From positions 32,001 through 96,000 of IMG/VR virus record IMGVR_UViG_3300028364_000018: a DNA stretch of 64,000 nt; one strand, written 5' to 3'. Positions 1 to 8,895 of this stretch are shown here, piece by piece. Positions within the stretch are counted from its first letter, which is position 1; each line of letters begins with the position of its first letter. The position numbers were made by a program, and so were the translations under genes. Source of the DNA: a virus. The notes under the pieces were generated by a model that saw nothing but the letters and a program-made list of their open reading frames with translations, searched no databases and was not told the origin of the DNA.

Positions 1-56
1 ACGATCTGCTAGGGGAGAAAGTTGGCGGGTTCCCCTCTATCTGGTTCGAAGTTGGC

Positions 57-395
57 GTGTTTGCGCTGGCCATGGACCAACAATTAGCAGGCGAGTGGAG
101 CATAGGAGCCCGGGAGTTCATAGATGACGTAATGGAGCTGACCCGCGATTGGATAACCCTCTGTCTGATGAACGGGACCTTCGTTACCTTCGACCACCTA
201 TGGGATACACGCCTGGAACGTTTTAAGGTAGTGGTAGAGAGTACCACGACCTTGACGCATACAGTCTGGCCCTTAGCACCCAGAGGGGACGTGTCACAGG
301 CACGGGCCTTGGCGTTGAAGGAGGTGCGGGACACCTGCGGAGCTCTAGCTAATCTCAGGGTTGTAGAAGTCAAGAGGGCCGCAGGTCGACCATGA
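57..395 (+). CDS. hypothetical protein (start uncertain)
   Basis: 112-aa ORF from the track; its stop overlaps the ATG at 392. Confidence 0.45.
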   Translation: MFALAMDQQLAGEWSIGAREFIDDVMELTRDWITLCLMNGTFVTFDHLWDTRLERFKVVVESTTTLTHTVWPLAPRGDVSQARALALKEVRDTCGALANLRVVEVKRAAGRP

Positions 396-523
396 AAACC
401 TATAAAACGATGGATAGCCTTCTAAGGCGTTTGGCCTACAAAGGTCGGTCGAAGAAGTGGGAAAGGCGCAGAACGAAGAAAGCAACAAGATTACCCAAGG
501 ATAAACATGCAGTACGTAGTTGA
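392..523 (+). CDS. small basic hypothetical protein
   Basis: Hand-translated MKTYKTMDSLLRRLAYKGR... (43 aa); ATGA coupling to the upstream ORF. Confidence 0.35.
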   Translation: MKTYKTMDSLLRRLAYKGRSKKWERRRTKKATRLPKDKHAVRS

Positions 524-797
524 GATAGATAAATTGGACGACTCATTAGAGGCCTCGTATGTAGCTCGTAAACGGGGGGAGGTGGGGGGCACCTACCGCT
601 CTGAACACCCGATGGTGTTCCGTAATCAGAGCGTGGCATCCAAGGTTCGCCGTAAGTGGAATAGGCAGACAGGCACCATAGCCACGGAGCGACCTTATGA
701 CGCCCTGATACATCCGAACGTGGTGTTTGAGAAGGTGGTGGAGTTGGACCCCTATAGATTTGTTAAAACTGAAAAACAAATGGAGAAAATTAAATGA
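507..797 (+). CDS. hypothetical protein
   Basis: 96-aa ORF with AAGGA SD; coupled to the next ORF. Confidence 0.6.
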   Translation: MQYVVEIDKLDDSLEASYVARKRGEVGGTYRSEHPMVFRNQSVASKVRRKWNRQTGTIATERPYDALIHPNVVFEKVVELDPYRFVKTEKQMEKIK

Positions 798-979
798 CAA
801 TATTATGCTTTTGCCCCTCGTGTGACCGCATCTACGCAGATGAAGACTTTTGCATAGATTGCACATATGAAGGTCATCCAGATGACGACGTTGAGCTTGA
901 GGTTATAGGTGACTTTTCTTCCGAGCAACTAATCAACGCAAAAGCTGGCGGGATTGCCGACACAAAGGAGAACGTATGA
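794..979 (+). CDS. small CxxC...CxxC zinc-ribbon-like protein
   Basis: CPSC and CIDC motifs; ATGA overlaps at both ends. Confidence 0.6.
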   Translation: MTILCFCPSCDRIYADEDFCIDCTYEGHPDDDVELEVIGDFSSEQLINAKAGGIADTKENV

Positions 980-1206
980 AAAATGAGAACGATAAAAGCA
1001 ATTCCGCTGATTTTATGGTTGAAGTAAACGCAGATGACTTAATATCTGTTTTGCGCGGGATCACTCAAGGGAACTATATGGAGTTTTTAGTTGCCCAAAA
1101 CTACTACATCACAACAGGCCAGCACTCTTCGGTGCAGTCACTCATGGAGGCGTGGGTTAAGCACAACGCCGAAGTCCACCGGATCGACGAAGGAGAAGAG
1201 GCATGA
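976..1206 (+). CDS. hypothetical protein ending in an attC-like element
   Basis: 76 aa, GGAG SD; C-terminal HNAEVHRIDEGEEA is encoded by the repeat. Confidence 0.6.
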   Translation: MKNENDKSNSADFMVEVNADDLISVLRGITQGNYMEFLVAQNYYITTGQHSSVQSLMEAWVKHNAEVHRIDEGEEA

Positions 1207-1598
1207 AAAATGGAAACACTGCCTCAGATTGGATGGATGCGACAAAATCCGCGCCGCCAAGAAACAATGAATTTGAGGTTCTTCACTTCGGAGACCTTGC
1301 CGAGAAACATTGGCTAATCCAAAAGGGGAAATGGGATGAGTTTGGATTTTGCGGGGTGGAAAATGAGGAAGGTGAGCACTGCAAAGTTTCTACAATTACC
1401 CACTGGCGCATTTCTAACGAAGAGTTAGCGGGACGTGATTCTGAGCGTTCCGCTGATTGTATTATTGAAATACCCCCAAACCAAGATCGGTCATACGTTG
1501 ATTTATTAGATGCTATAAAACGCAATCCTTTTATGTTTTCGCCCAACTCCGACTTGTGCGGATCGACGAAGGAGATTCGCACGGAGGACTCGTTGTGA
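1203..1598 (+). CDS. hypothetical chimeric protein reading through one element and ending in another
   Basis: 131 aa; contains SNEELAGRDSERSADC. Confidence 0.6.
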   Translation: MKNGNTASDWMDATKSAPPRNNEFEVLHFGDLAEKHWLIQKGKWDEFGFCGVENEEGEHCKVSTITHWRISNEELAGRDSERSADCIIEIPPNQDRSYVDLLDAIKRNPFMFSPNSDLCGSTKEIRTEDSL

Positions 1599-1618
1599 TT
1601 ACAATCGAGGAATACAAA

Positions 1619-2083
1619 ATGAAAAACTGGTATGAAGTCCATGAAGATCGTCGGAATTATCACGGCAACGGAAACGCAAATGGTTGTACCAATCGTTTCC
1701 ACACAGGGCAGTACGAAACTGCCGAAGAGGCGTTTGAATACGTCGAGAAAAGTAGAGGTTATGGATTTCACCGTCTTGTGGTGGTAAAATGTTCGGCTGA
1801 AATAATTAACGCAGAGATAGCGGGACGCGATTCTGAGCGTTCCGCTGATTGTCTGGTTGAAACGGATTACAGTAATGCCGTTGAACGTGCAACGAGGGCT
1901 GAAAACATATTGAGCCGTTTACTGTCAGGATTTTGGGTCCACATGATGAACGAAATTGCACCCGAGGAGGCAATGGGTGATCAGGTAACGGCATACTGGG
2001 AAAAATATAACGCCGAAACTGACCGGATCGACGAAGTAGATTCGGGCGAGGGTCTTGTTGAGACTAAAAAGGATAAGTCATGA
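1619..2083 (+). CDS. hypothetical chimeric protein reading through two elements
   Basis: ATG at 1619 with GAGG SD; contains INAEIAGRDSERSADC. Confidence 0.6.
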   Translation: MKNWYEVHEDRRNYHGNGNANGCTNRFHTGQYETAEEAFEYVEKSRGYGFHRLVVVKCSAEIINAEIAGRDSERSADCLVETDYSNAVERATRAENILSRLLSGFWVHMMNEIAPEEAMGDQVTAYWEKYNAETDRIDEVDSGEGLVETKKDKS

Positions 2084-2343
2084 GTCACCCTGAACCAAAT
2101 AATATCCATGACAGCTTACTAAACTGTGTGGCTTTTTGCTCCCGCGATTGGTCGCAGAACAAGCGGGACGCATGGATTTATGGAATAGTTTGCGGGTGGG
2201 AAGACGCCATAGAAGACGTGGCCCAAGATCATAACTGGACTCCTGAAGCTGTTAAACGCTTAGAGATGCTTCACGAGCAGTTCGAAGGCCTCAACACCGA
2301 ATTGGCTGGATCGACGAAGGAGAAGAGGCATGAGTCTGGTTGA
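2080..2343 (+). CDS. conserved-looking phage hypothetical protein
   Basis: 87 aa; SRDWSQNKRDAWIYGIVCGW segment. Confidence 0.65.
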   Translation: MSHPEPNNIHDSLLNCVAFCSRDWSQNKRDAWIYGIVCGWEDAIEDVAQDHNWTPEAVKRLEMLHEQFEGLNTELAGSTKEKRHESG

Positions 2344-2361
2344 AAATGATGGAGGTAAATT

Positions 2362-2709
2362 ATGAAATCTATTTATGACAAAAAAGGGAGACCTATCCAC
2401 GTTGGTGATGTAATTAAAATCTACCATTTTACTGCGGCTTTAAGGCGTGAAAAAAACTACATGTACAAACATGTTAAATCTATAACCGAATATGATTTTG
2501 GCACTATGTACGTCCTAGACCATTTGGAAGAAGATCCAAAAACATTTGCGGTGAGAGCAGAGGGTGAAATTGTCCCACATTGGGAAGTCATTCAGGGATT
2601 TAACGGAGGCCACTTTAGCGAGAGACGAAAGCTCAACGCCGAAGTCTGCGGATCGAGCCATAGCGAAGACTCGCCCAATTGTCTGGTTGACCATAAGGAC
2701 GGTGAATGA
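2362..2709 (+). CDS. YopX-like hypothetical protein
   Basis: DKKGRPIHVGDVIK N-terminal pattern and WEVIQG near the end; GGAGGT SD. Confidence 0.5.
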   Translation: MKSIYDKKGRPIHVGDVIKIYHFTAALRREKNYMYKHVKSITEYDFGTMYVLDHLEEDPKTFAVRAEGEIVPHWEVIQGFNGGHFSERRKLNAEVCGSSHSEDSPNCLVDHKDGE

Positions 2710-2843
2710 TGCAATATAAAATCATTACAGCATTCGGCGTTAACCGCCTTGAGACTTTAGTGCGGAGGTGTTTGGATAAAGGCTGGATACCTAAAGGCGG
2801 ACCTTTTGTCCTCGGTGTGGAGATACTCCCAGAAGCCATTTAA
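2706..2843 (+). CDS. small DUF1737-like protein
   Basis: Hand-translated MMQYKIIT...LDKGWIPKGG (45 aa). Confidence 0.45.
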   Translation: MMQYKIITAFGVNRLETLVRRCLDKGWIPKGGPFVLGVEILPEAI

Positions 2844-2901
2844 GTACCTAACAGTGTTTGGAAGTGTTAAAATTAAACACAAAATAAAATACAAACAGGG
2901 G

Positions 2902-2930
2902 TTGACAGTATCGCAATAAGTATGTAAGGT
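2902..2930 (+). promoter_or_regulatory. sigma70-type promoter for a leaderless transcript
   Basis: TTGACA-N17-TAAGGT, then 6 nt, then ATG at 2937. Confidence 0.6.
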
Positions 2931-2936
2931 ATAACC

Positions 2937-3080
2937 ATGAATCAAGTAAAAAGAATGATGAGCTACCCCCGACGCATGTTCGAGCGCCTAACCCGGTTTT
3001 CGAACCACACAGGTCTGGCGCTGACAGAGATAGTCCGCCGGGCTGTTGATGAGTACCTGGATCGTAACGAAGTAAAATGA
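2937..3080 (+). CDS. ribbon-helix-helix (CopG-like) DNA-binding protein
   Basis: Hand-translated MNQVKRMMSYPRRMFERLTRFSNHTGLALTEIVRRAVDEYL (47 aa); ATGA overlap with tnpB. Confidence 0.7.
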   Translation: MNQVKRMMSYPRRMFERLTRFSNHTGLALTEIVRRAVDEYLDRNEVK

Positions 3081-4459
3081 AAGTCACACGCATCATAAAC
3101 GCCGAACCTAATCAGGCCTTGCTACCTATATGCAAGGCCACAGCGTTTATGCGTGCTGACATCTGGCGGCGTTACGGCGCACTAGGCACAGCCGGTAAAA
3201 GGTTGAACACCGTAAAACCCGAGCTGCCTGCGTTGTACAAGTACCTAGATCTGGACGGTACGATTCGGGCAGAGACTGCCAAAGACGTACTCAACGATAT
3301 ATACTCATACAAAGAGGCGGCCAAGGAGAGGGTGCGAAAGTCTGTTAGGAAGAGGGCCGAGACCGACGAGGAGTTGAAACGGTTGTACACCCTGCTTAAG
3401 AAAGATGAGTGGTTGGACGACAACTTCCTACACCGGCAGATGCGTAAGCACTTCAAGCACGGCGTAGCCCATTGCGCGAATCAATTTGTGGTTCGTAGTG
3501 ATAGGGTGCTGACCGAGGTAGTGGAAGGGCGCCTAGTTGTAATCCTAAAGATTGCACCAAAATACGGGAACTCTATAAGGCTGACTACCACAACAAGTGG
3601 TAAGAACGTAGACCTCAAGGGCTCGAACCTGCGAGTAATTGTGAAAGATACGGGGGTGGAGATCCACTACTGCGCAGACAAACAACCCGGACGAGCGCCA
3701 GGAGTGGGTAAGATTGGGGTGGATAAGGGTTACACTGAGGCGTTTGCCGATAGCCGGGGAGGTCTACACGGACAGGGTTTCGGGCAGACCATGACCAAGT
3801 TCAGCGACCGGGTTAAGGAGACGGGTAAGTCCCGTAACAAACTCCGCGCGTTGGAGGAGAAGCACCGGGAAGCCGGTAGGGTGGCTAAAGCAGACCGGAT
3901 TAATAAAAACAACTTAGGAAATAAGAAGATTGAGAGACGAAAAGAACGGACACAAAAGAGACTGCGGACAATCGCTTTCAAAGCGGCTCACGCAGTTGTT
4001 GACCATGCCTCCCATGTGGGAGCAGAAGATTTGAGTTCTCCGATATGCTCCAAGCATAAATGGAGGAATTACAATCGGAGAATGAGTTCCTGGGCCAAAG
4101 GCGTTTTAGCCGAGGCATTGGAAAACGTCACGCAACAGCGTGGCTCGAAGTTACAGCTTGTTGCTTCGGCCTACACATCGCAAATTGATTCACAGACGGG
4201 CTTGCTGGAAGGCCAGCGCGTCGGGGATCGGTTTTACCACGTAAGTGGGGATGTCAGTCAGGCCGACACCAACGCTGCACGAGTGATTGAGCGACGGATG
4301 GATGACCCGGAGATAGGGCGTTACACGCCCTTCAAAGACATCCGTCTGATACTACTCAATCGCTCTCCGGCGCAACTGAGCGTCAATAGGGTCGAGTTGG
4401 GATCTTTGGATCGTCAACCGACTGCGGATAAACTCAATGCGCACTTATACGCATACTAA
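3077..4459 (+). CDS. tnpB: TnpB-family RNA-guided RuvC endonuclease
   Basis: IGVDKG (RuvC I), AEDLS (RuvC II), AYTSQ and ADTNAA (RuvC III). Confidence 0.85.
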   Translation: MKVTRIINAEPNQALLPICKATAFMRADIWRRYGALGTAGKRLNTVKPELPALYKYLDLDGTIRAETAKDVLNDIYSYKEAAKERVRKSVRKRAETDEELKRLYTLLKKDEWLDDNFLHRQMRKHFKHGVAHCANQFVVRSDRVLTEVVEGRLVVILKIAPKYGNSIRLTTTTSGKNVDLKGSNLRVIVKDTGVEIHYCADKQPGRAPGVGKIGVDKGYTEAFADSRGGLHGQGFGQTMTKFSDRVKETGKSRNKLRALEEKHREAGRVAKADRINKNNLGNKKIERRKERTQKRLRTIAFKAAHAVVDHASHVGAEDLSSPICSKHKWRNYNRRMSSWAKGVLAEALENVTQQRGSKLQLVASAYTSQIDSQTGLLEGQRVGDRFYHVSGDVSQADTNAARVIERRMDDPEIGRYTPFKDIRLILLNRSPAQLSVNRVELGSLDRQPTADKLNAHLYAY

Positions 4460-4476
4460 ATGAGGCAGGATTCAGC

Positions 4477-5058
4477 ATGACCATATTCTTCGCGTCCGAC
4501 ACCCACTTCGGACATAAAAACATTGTGGAGCTTGGGGAGGGTAAACGCCCGGGGATCTGCTCGGAAGAGCATGACGAGATTCTAGTAAACAACTGGAATC
4601 GACAGGTGCCCAAGAAGCGTTCAGTCACGTATCTCCTCGGAGATGTCTCTATGTCCGCTGAGGGCTGGCACCACCTAACCAGGCTCAATGGAGATATCCG
4701 GATAATACTGGGCAATCATGACGACCGTTGGCTAGACCACCAGGGCATCCGGGACTTGGATAAGTGGTTGCCAGCTAACATCCAGCTCGAGCCTGTCAGC
4801 CTCCTACGCTACAAGCGTATGTGGTTAAGCCATTGCCCGATCCACCCGGACGAGATGCGTAAGTGCCTATGTAACATGCACGGACACATCCATAATCACG
4901 TTATTGACGACCCTCGGTACATGAATGTCTGTATGGAGCAACTGCCCGGCTTCTGTCCTATATCATTGGATGATGTACGGGCGGAGTTCCGCCGACGCGG
5001 GATTGAGTTGATGAGCGAGAAGTGGCAGGCTCTCCAAGGAAGTTTAAGTGCCAAGTAA
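4477..5058 (+). CDS. calcineurin-like metallophosphoesterase
   Basis: SDTHFGH, LGD, GNHD, SHCP and HGHIH motifs. Confidence 0.9.
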   Translation: MTIFFASDTHFGHKNIVELGEGKRPGICSEEHDEILVNNWNRQVPKKRSVTYLLGDVSMSAEGWHHLTRLNGDIRIILGNHDDRWLDHQGIRDLDKWLPANIQLEPVSLLRYKRMWLSHCPIHPDEMRKCLCNMHGHIHNHVIDDPRYMNVCMEQLPGFCPISLDDVRAEFRRRGIELMSEKWQALQGSLSAK

Positions 5059-5091
5059 ATATTAAGGTCGCAACTTAACAATAGGAATTAG

Positions 5092-5259
5092 ATGAAAGAT
5101 AACGAAAGAATGGAATGGATAGAACGTGCTAGGGAGATCCACGAGAAGGAGGGGCGGGTCGAGATCGATGATAATGCGGAGGTCTCCAAAGGAGATGACC
5201 CGGGAGTGTACGTCCAAGCTTGGGTTTGGGTGGCTGCTCCTGAGGAGGCAGATCAATGA
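5092..5259 (+). CDS. small hypothetical protein
   Basis: Hand-translated MKDNERMEWIERAREIHEKEGRVEIDDNA...YVQAWVWV (55 aa); AGGA SD. Confidence 0.55.
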   Translation: MKDNERMEWIERAREIHEKEGRVEIDDNAEVSKGDDPGVYVQAWVWVAAPEEADQ

Positions 5260-5795
5260 TGGGCCAATACTTTGCTGAGGAGTTCCTGGAGTACGCTGGA
5301 CGACTCCTAACTACGATGGCCTACGCCAGTGCCATGGAGGAGGAGGATGCGCCTGAAGGGCCTGTGGCACGGATGGGAGCGGATTGGATGGACACGATGC
5401 CAGACTGTATCCCCATCTGGCCTGCGTCCGTTGAGGTGGCGTTGGTCGTCGCCAATCTGGATATGCGAGGTAATTACCCGAATATCCCAGACTTTATCGT
5501 ACGCACCCTGCAACATAATGAGGCCCTCCCCGAGGATTTCGATCCAGCAGAACCCTGCTACGAGCTAATAGAAAATATGGAGAGCCCAGACGGACGGCAC
5601 ACAAGCATAGTCGGGTACCTCGCCAGCAACTTCGCCCATCACATGGTGGGATCAGGAGTTGGTCTTTTTGACGAGGGTTGGGAGTGGCCACCCGAGTGGG
5701 ACGCTGTTATCTCACACAGCTGCGAGGCTTATATGGATAGTCTTGTACCGGACTGGCGAGAACGATTAAAGGGGTGGGGACCACCGGATGAATAA
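5256..5795 (+). CDS. acidic hypothetical protein
   Basis: 179-aa ORF coupled on both sides. Confidence 0.6.
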   Translation: MMGQYFAEEFLEYAGRLLTTMAYASAMEEEDAPEGPVARMGADWMDTMPDCIPIWPASVEVALVVANLDMRGNYPNIPDFIVRTLQHNEALPEDFDPAEPCYELIENMESPDGRHTSIVGYLASNFAHHMVGSGVGLFDEGWEWPPEWDAVISHSCEAYMDSLVPDWRERLKGWGPPDE

Positions 5796-5964
5796 AGAAC
5801 AGGCTCTTAAGATATTCGCGGAACTAGGGATACCCCCATCCGAAGCGCTATACGCTTTGGAGGACTTTCGCCGGGCTCGCACGAATTTCGCCGAAGAGGA
5901 ATACACAACGAAGGAGCACACTCGGCGCCTCGAAGCGGCTTACACCCTGCTGAGGACCAAATGA
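5788..5964 (+). CDS. small helical hypothetical protein
   Basis: Hand-translated MNKEQALKIFAELGIP... (58 aa); fills the gap with overlaps at both ends. Confidence 0.45.
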   Translation: MNKEQALKIFAELGIPPSEALYALEDFRRARTNFAEEEYTTKEHTRRLEAAYTLLRTK

Positions 5965-6476
5965 CGGACGCACAGAAAGCCAGGATCTGTACCAACGCGA
6001 TACTGGAGGATAAGTATAGGCGTAGCTTGTGCTGTCCGCGGTGCATACCGGCGTTCTGGACTGAGTGTGACGTACTGCAGGTGACCAAGGCTGGTTACTG
6101 GGTGGAGTATGAGATAAAGGTGTCGCGCGCTGACTTCAAGGCAGATGCTCGCAAGCAGGTGACAGCCGGTAGGTACAGCTCCCGGCACCGGACCGCACCC
6201 CTTAAACACGATCTCCTCCGTACAGGATCTACGAGAGGACCAAACCGGTTCTACTACGTGACACCCCTGGGCCTCATTACCCCGGAAGAGCTTCCGGAAT
6301 TTGCGGGATTAATTGAGGTCAACATTGATTGGGATAAACGCAGGAGATGGCCGCATCCCCGGGAGGTGGTGAAAGCCCCTCGCCTACATACAGAGAAGTT
6401 GGATAAGAAAGAGGTGGATCGGATGATGGTTGGTTTCTACCACCGTTACATGCAACAACAATTAAAGAAGGATTGA
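5961..6476 (+). CDS. PD-(D/E)xK nuclease-fold protein, MmcB-like
   Basis: ECDVL...EYEIKVSRADFKAD and RFYYVTP. Confidence 0.7.
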   Translation: MTDAQKARICTNAILEDKYRRSLCCPRCIPAFWTECDVLQVTKAGYWVEYEIKVSRADFKADARKQVTAGRYSSRHRTAPLKHDLLRTGSTRGPNRFYYVTPLGLITPEELPEFAGLIEVNIDWDKRRRWPHPREVVKAPRLHTEKLDKKEVDRMMVGFYHRYMQQQLKKD

Positions 6477-6477
6477 T

Positions 6478-7275
6478 ATGAGTATGATCGACGAATTAGA
6501 AAAACAACTGCGAGAGCTCCGAAAGAAAGGAGAGGAGCAGGAGAGGCTGGATCTGGAAGAGGCAGTCAAGCCCTACATGAAACGCAGTTTCGTAGTATCC
6601 GGACCTTCTAGGAATCTGGATACTGTTCGGGTGGACCACGGGCTTATCAAGCTCAAATCATTTAAGCAGGATAAATGGAAGAACCTGGCCGTAGATGTCA
6701 GTATCAAGTATGTCGACTTCGCCGTTTCCCGATCCGGCCACAACCCGTTCGTTAGAAATGGGTTGTACACCCGGACTGACACTTGCAGCTTCTGTTTGAG
6801 TGATTGGAAGTCTTTCATCAGCGAGCTTGGCGACGAGGTAAGTAGCAGTGTGTTCGACCGGGTATTCCGGACAGTGGATGACCTCGGGTTGCTGGCTTCC
6901 CAAGAACTATGGGAGAAACACGGGTTGGAGACACTGGAGCAGAACGCAGGTCTCGTCGCATCAGAAAGTCGCAACTCCCTTGTTTGTAAGAAAAAGATGG
7001 CGTTGGACATACCGCATATCCAACTGGTAGGGGGCGACTCCTCTTACCTAGGCGGGGATTCTAACATCTTTATCCACGGAGATCTATACCTCATTAGCCG
7101 CGGCAGTCTGGAGCTGGCAGAGGAGCACCTAATCAGAAAGAGCGGGTTTGGGCTGAACCTAGCTACTACGAATCTCCTGGATGGAGAATACGGATACCTT
7201 GAACGCAGATCCTCAGACGTTAAGAGTTTGCGTGCGAGATTACAGGAAGCCGGTAAACAATTAAATAAGGATTAA
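6478..7275 (+). CDS. hypothetical protein
   Basis: 265-aa ORF with coiled-coil ends. Confidence 0.65.
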   Translation: MSMIDELEKQLRELRKKGEEQERLDLEEAVKPYMKRSFVVSGPSRNLDTVRVDHGLIKLKSFKQDKWKNLAVDVSIKYVDFAVSRSGHNPFVRNGLYTRTDTCSFCLSDWKSFISELGDEVSSSVFDRVFRTVDDLGLLASQELWEKHGLETLEQNAGLVASESRNSLVCKKKMALDIPHIQLVGGDSSYLGGDSNIFIHGDLYLISRGSLELAEEHLIRKSGFGLNLATTNLLDGEYGYLERRSSDVKSLRARLQEAGKQLNKD

Positions 7276-7276
7276 G

Positions 7277-8548
7277 ATGAAAGAATTACAGATTAAATGT
7301 CCGATTTGTGAGCAGTCGGGCGGGATCGAAGAGGTTTTGGTCAACGCGGTGGTGGTGACGCGCATGACGTTGCGGGAGGATAGCGACGGAGAGTTGGAAC
7401 CCGTGTACGAGCACCACAACGTGCTCTCAAGCGATGTAGAGCGCTACCAGTGCTTTTTCTGCGGTGGATTTCTGGCCGCTGATATGGAGAATCTCAAGGA
7501 GTTGGCGAGGGAGAATACCGAACTCACAACAAAGGAAAAGATGAATTTTAAACTAAACAAGAGCGGGGGTTGGATCATTCCCGCTGATACGCGCATCGAA
7601 CGTGACTGCGTTATACCCGCCCACAGTCAGCTTGGGGATGAGTGTGAGCTCGGGGATGAGTGTAAGCTGGGAGCGTGGTGTAAGCTGGGAGAGAGGTGTA
7701 AGCTGGGAGCGTGGTGTAAGCTTGGAGATGAGTGTGAGCTGGGAGTGGGGTGTAAGCTGGGAGAGAGGTGTAAGCTGGGAGAGGGGTGTAAGCTGGGAGA
7801 GAGGTGTAAGCTGGGAGCGTGGTGTAAGCTTGGAGATGAGTGTAAGCTTGGATATGAGGGTGAGCTGGGAGCGGGGTGTAAGCTGGGAGCGTGGTGTAAG
7901 CTGGGAGCGTGGTGTAAGCTGGGAGCGTGGTGTAAGCTTGGAGATGAGTGTGAGCTGGGAGAGTGGTGTGAGCTGGGATCGGGGTGTGAGCTGGGAGCGG
8001 GGTGTGAGCTTGGAGAGAAGTGTGAGCTTGGAGCGTGGTGTAAGCTTGGAGCGGGGTGTGTACGGCCGTTTAAGGGACCTATGCTCAAGTTAGTAGCTAC
8101 GGAGCTTGACGAGGACCTGGAAGTTCCTGAAGATATCAATTGGTCTATGTACGGACCCTTTATAAAGATGCATCTTGTTGAGGCGGGGCTAACCGAAGAG
8201 CAGGCAGACAGCGGTATAGCTCGTAGGTCGTTCTTAGCAAGGGCAGCGTTAGCGGGGTACTTGAGTAAAACCGAACCCAAGGTTAGTCAGAGGATAAAGG
8301 AACTTAGGCGGGAAACCAAGACCGCGGCAGAACAACTGGTTGAGACCGTGAACGTCACGGGCGGCCTAACACACCCACCAGCTGGCGGACCCGCAATTCA
8401 CGACTCTTGGTTGGACTTGGGCGAGGCTTATTTACAGGCATGCGCCGAGTTGGGCGTCGAACCACAATATGAGGAACAAGATGAACATCGAGGAACACCA
8501 GTTAGCGAACATGAGGAAAACCATCATAAACCACTGCGCCGAAACTAA
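7277..8548 (+). CDS. multi-part protein: zinc ribbon, hexapeptide repeats and C-terminal domain
   Basis: CPIC...CFFC, then about 24 LGxxCx hexapeptides. Confidence 0.7.
   Translation: MKELQIKCPICEQSGGIEEVLVNAVVVTRMTLREDSDGELEPVYEHHNVLSSDVERYQCFFCGGFLAADMENLKELARENTELTTKEKMNFKLNKSGGWIIPADTRIERDCVIPAHSQLGDECELGDECKLGAWCKLGERCKLGAWCKLGDECELGVGCKLGERCKLGEGCKLGERCKLGAWCKLGDECKLGYEGELGAGCKLGAWCKLGAWCKLGAWCKLGDECELGEWCELGSGCELGAGCELGEKCELGAWCKLGAGCVRPFKGPMLKLVATELDEDLEVPEDINWSMYGPFIKMHLVEAGLTEEQADSGIARRSFLARAALAGYLSKTEPKVSQRIKELRRETKTAAEQLVETVNVTGGLTHPPAGGPAIHDSWLDLGEAYLQACAELGVEPQYEEQDEHRGTPVSEHEENHHKPLRRN
7630..8060 (+). repeat. 18-bp coding tandem repeat (LG[ADE][WER]C[KE])
   Basis: Units such as CTGGGAGCGTGGTGTAAG repeated back to back. 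Confidence 0.95.
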
Positions 8549-8726
8549 ACTAGGTATTGCGTGGGCGGTGGATCTGTATTACGAAATCACGCTTAATATG
8601 GATTACCAACGCGTGTCAGCGGCCTCGGAGGATATAAAACATACACTGAGAAGTATGCGGAAGGAACCAGACGGGATGTATAGGGCGTCGCACGCGTATA
8701 TAGACAGGAGCATTAAAGGTTTATGA
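8481..8726 (+). CDS. hypothetical protein
   Basis: ATG at 8481 after GAGGA; overlaps the end of the previous ORF. Confidence 0.5.
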   Translation: MNIEEHQLANMRKTIINHCAETKLGIAWAVDLYYEITLNMDYQRVSAASEDIKHTLRSMRKEPDGMYRASHAYIDRSIKGL

Positions 8727-8884
8727 ATAAAACACTGTATATTCTCAGAGGAATCCCCGGTAGTGGGAAGTCAAGTCTGGCACAACTGCTTGTGGATGGA
8801 CCCCTGCAGATATATTCGGAAGATTCACGCCGGATATTGGCAGACATCGATAGTTTGCGGACATGGTTAGAAAACAATTATTAA
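8723..8884 (+). pseudogene. truncated P-loop kinase fragment (duplicate of the 5' end of the 9539 gene)
   Basis: 8723-8808 matches 9539-9624 at 83 of 86 nt; MNKTLYILRGIPGSGKS followed by an unrelated tail. Confidence 0.75.
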
Positions 8885-8895
8885 AGGAGTCTATA

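Larger units (their letters stand above)
931..2692 (+). repeat. array of about 8 attC-like (59-base-element-like) imperfect inverted repeats
   Basis: Elements at 1412-1470, 1541-1598, 1804-1862, 2005-2063, 2289-2345 and 2631-2692 start with an RYYYAAC-like box and end with a GTTRRRY-like box around a hairpin; half-elements at 931 and 1161. Confidence 0.65.
2850..4470 (+). mobile_element. RHH + TnpB IS200/IS605-like element with no transposase (ends approximate)
   Basis: Own promoter and coupled RHH-tnpB; no tnpA between the flanking phage genes. Confidence 0.5.

Noticed and set aside
5788-5964. DnaJ J-domain mimic
   Set aside because: The helical pattern is suggestive, but the HPD motif is absent and the ORF is too short to support the call.
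7630-8060. Possible CRISPR array or non-coding satellite
   Set aside because: Units are contiguous 18-mers with no unique spacers and keep a coding frame.
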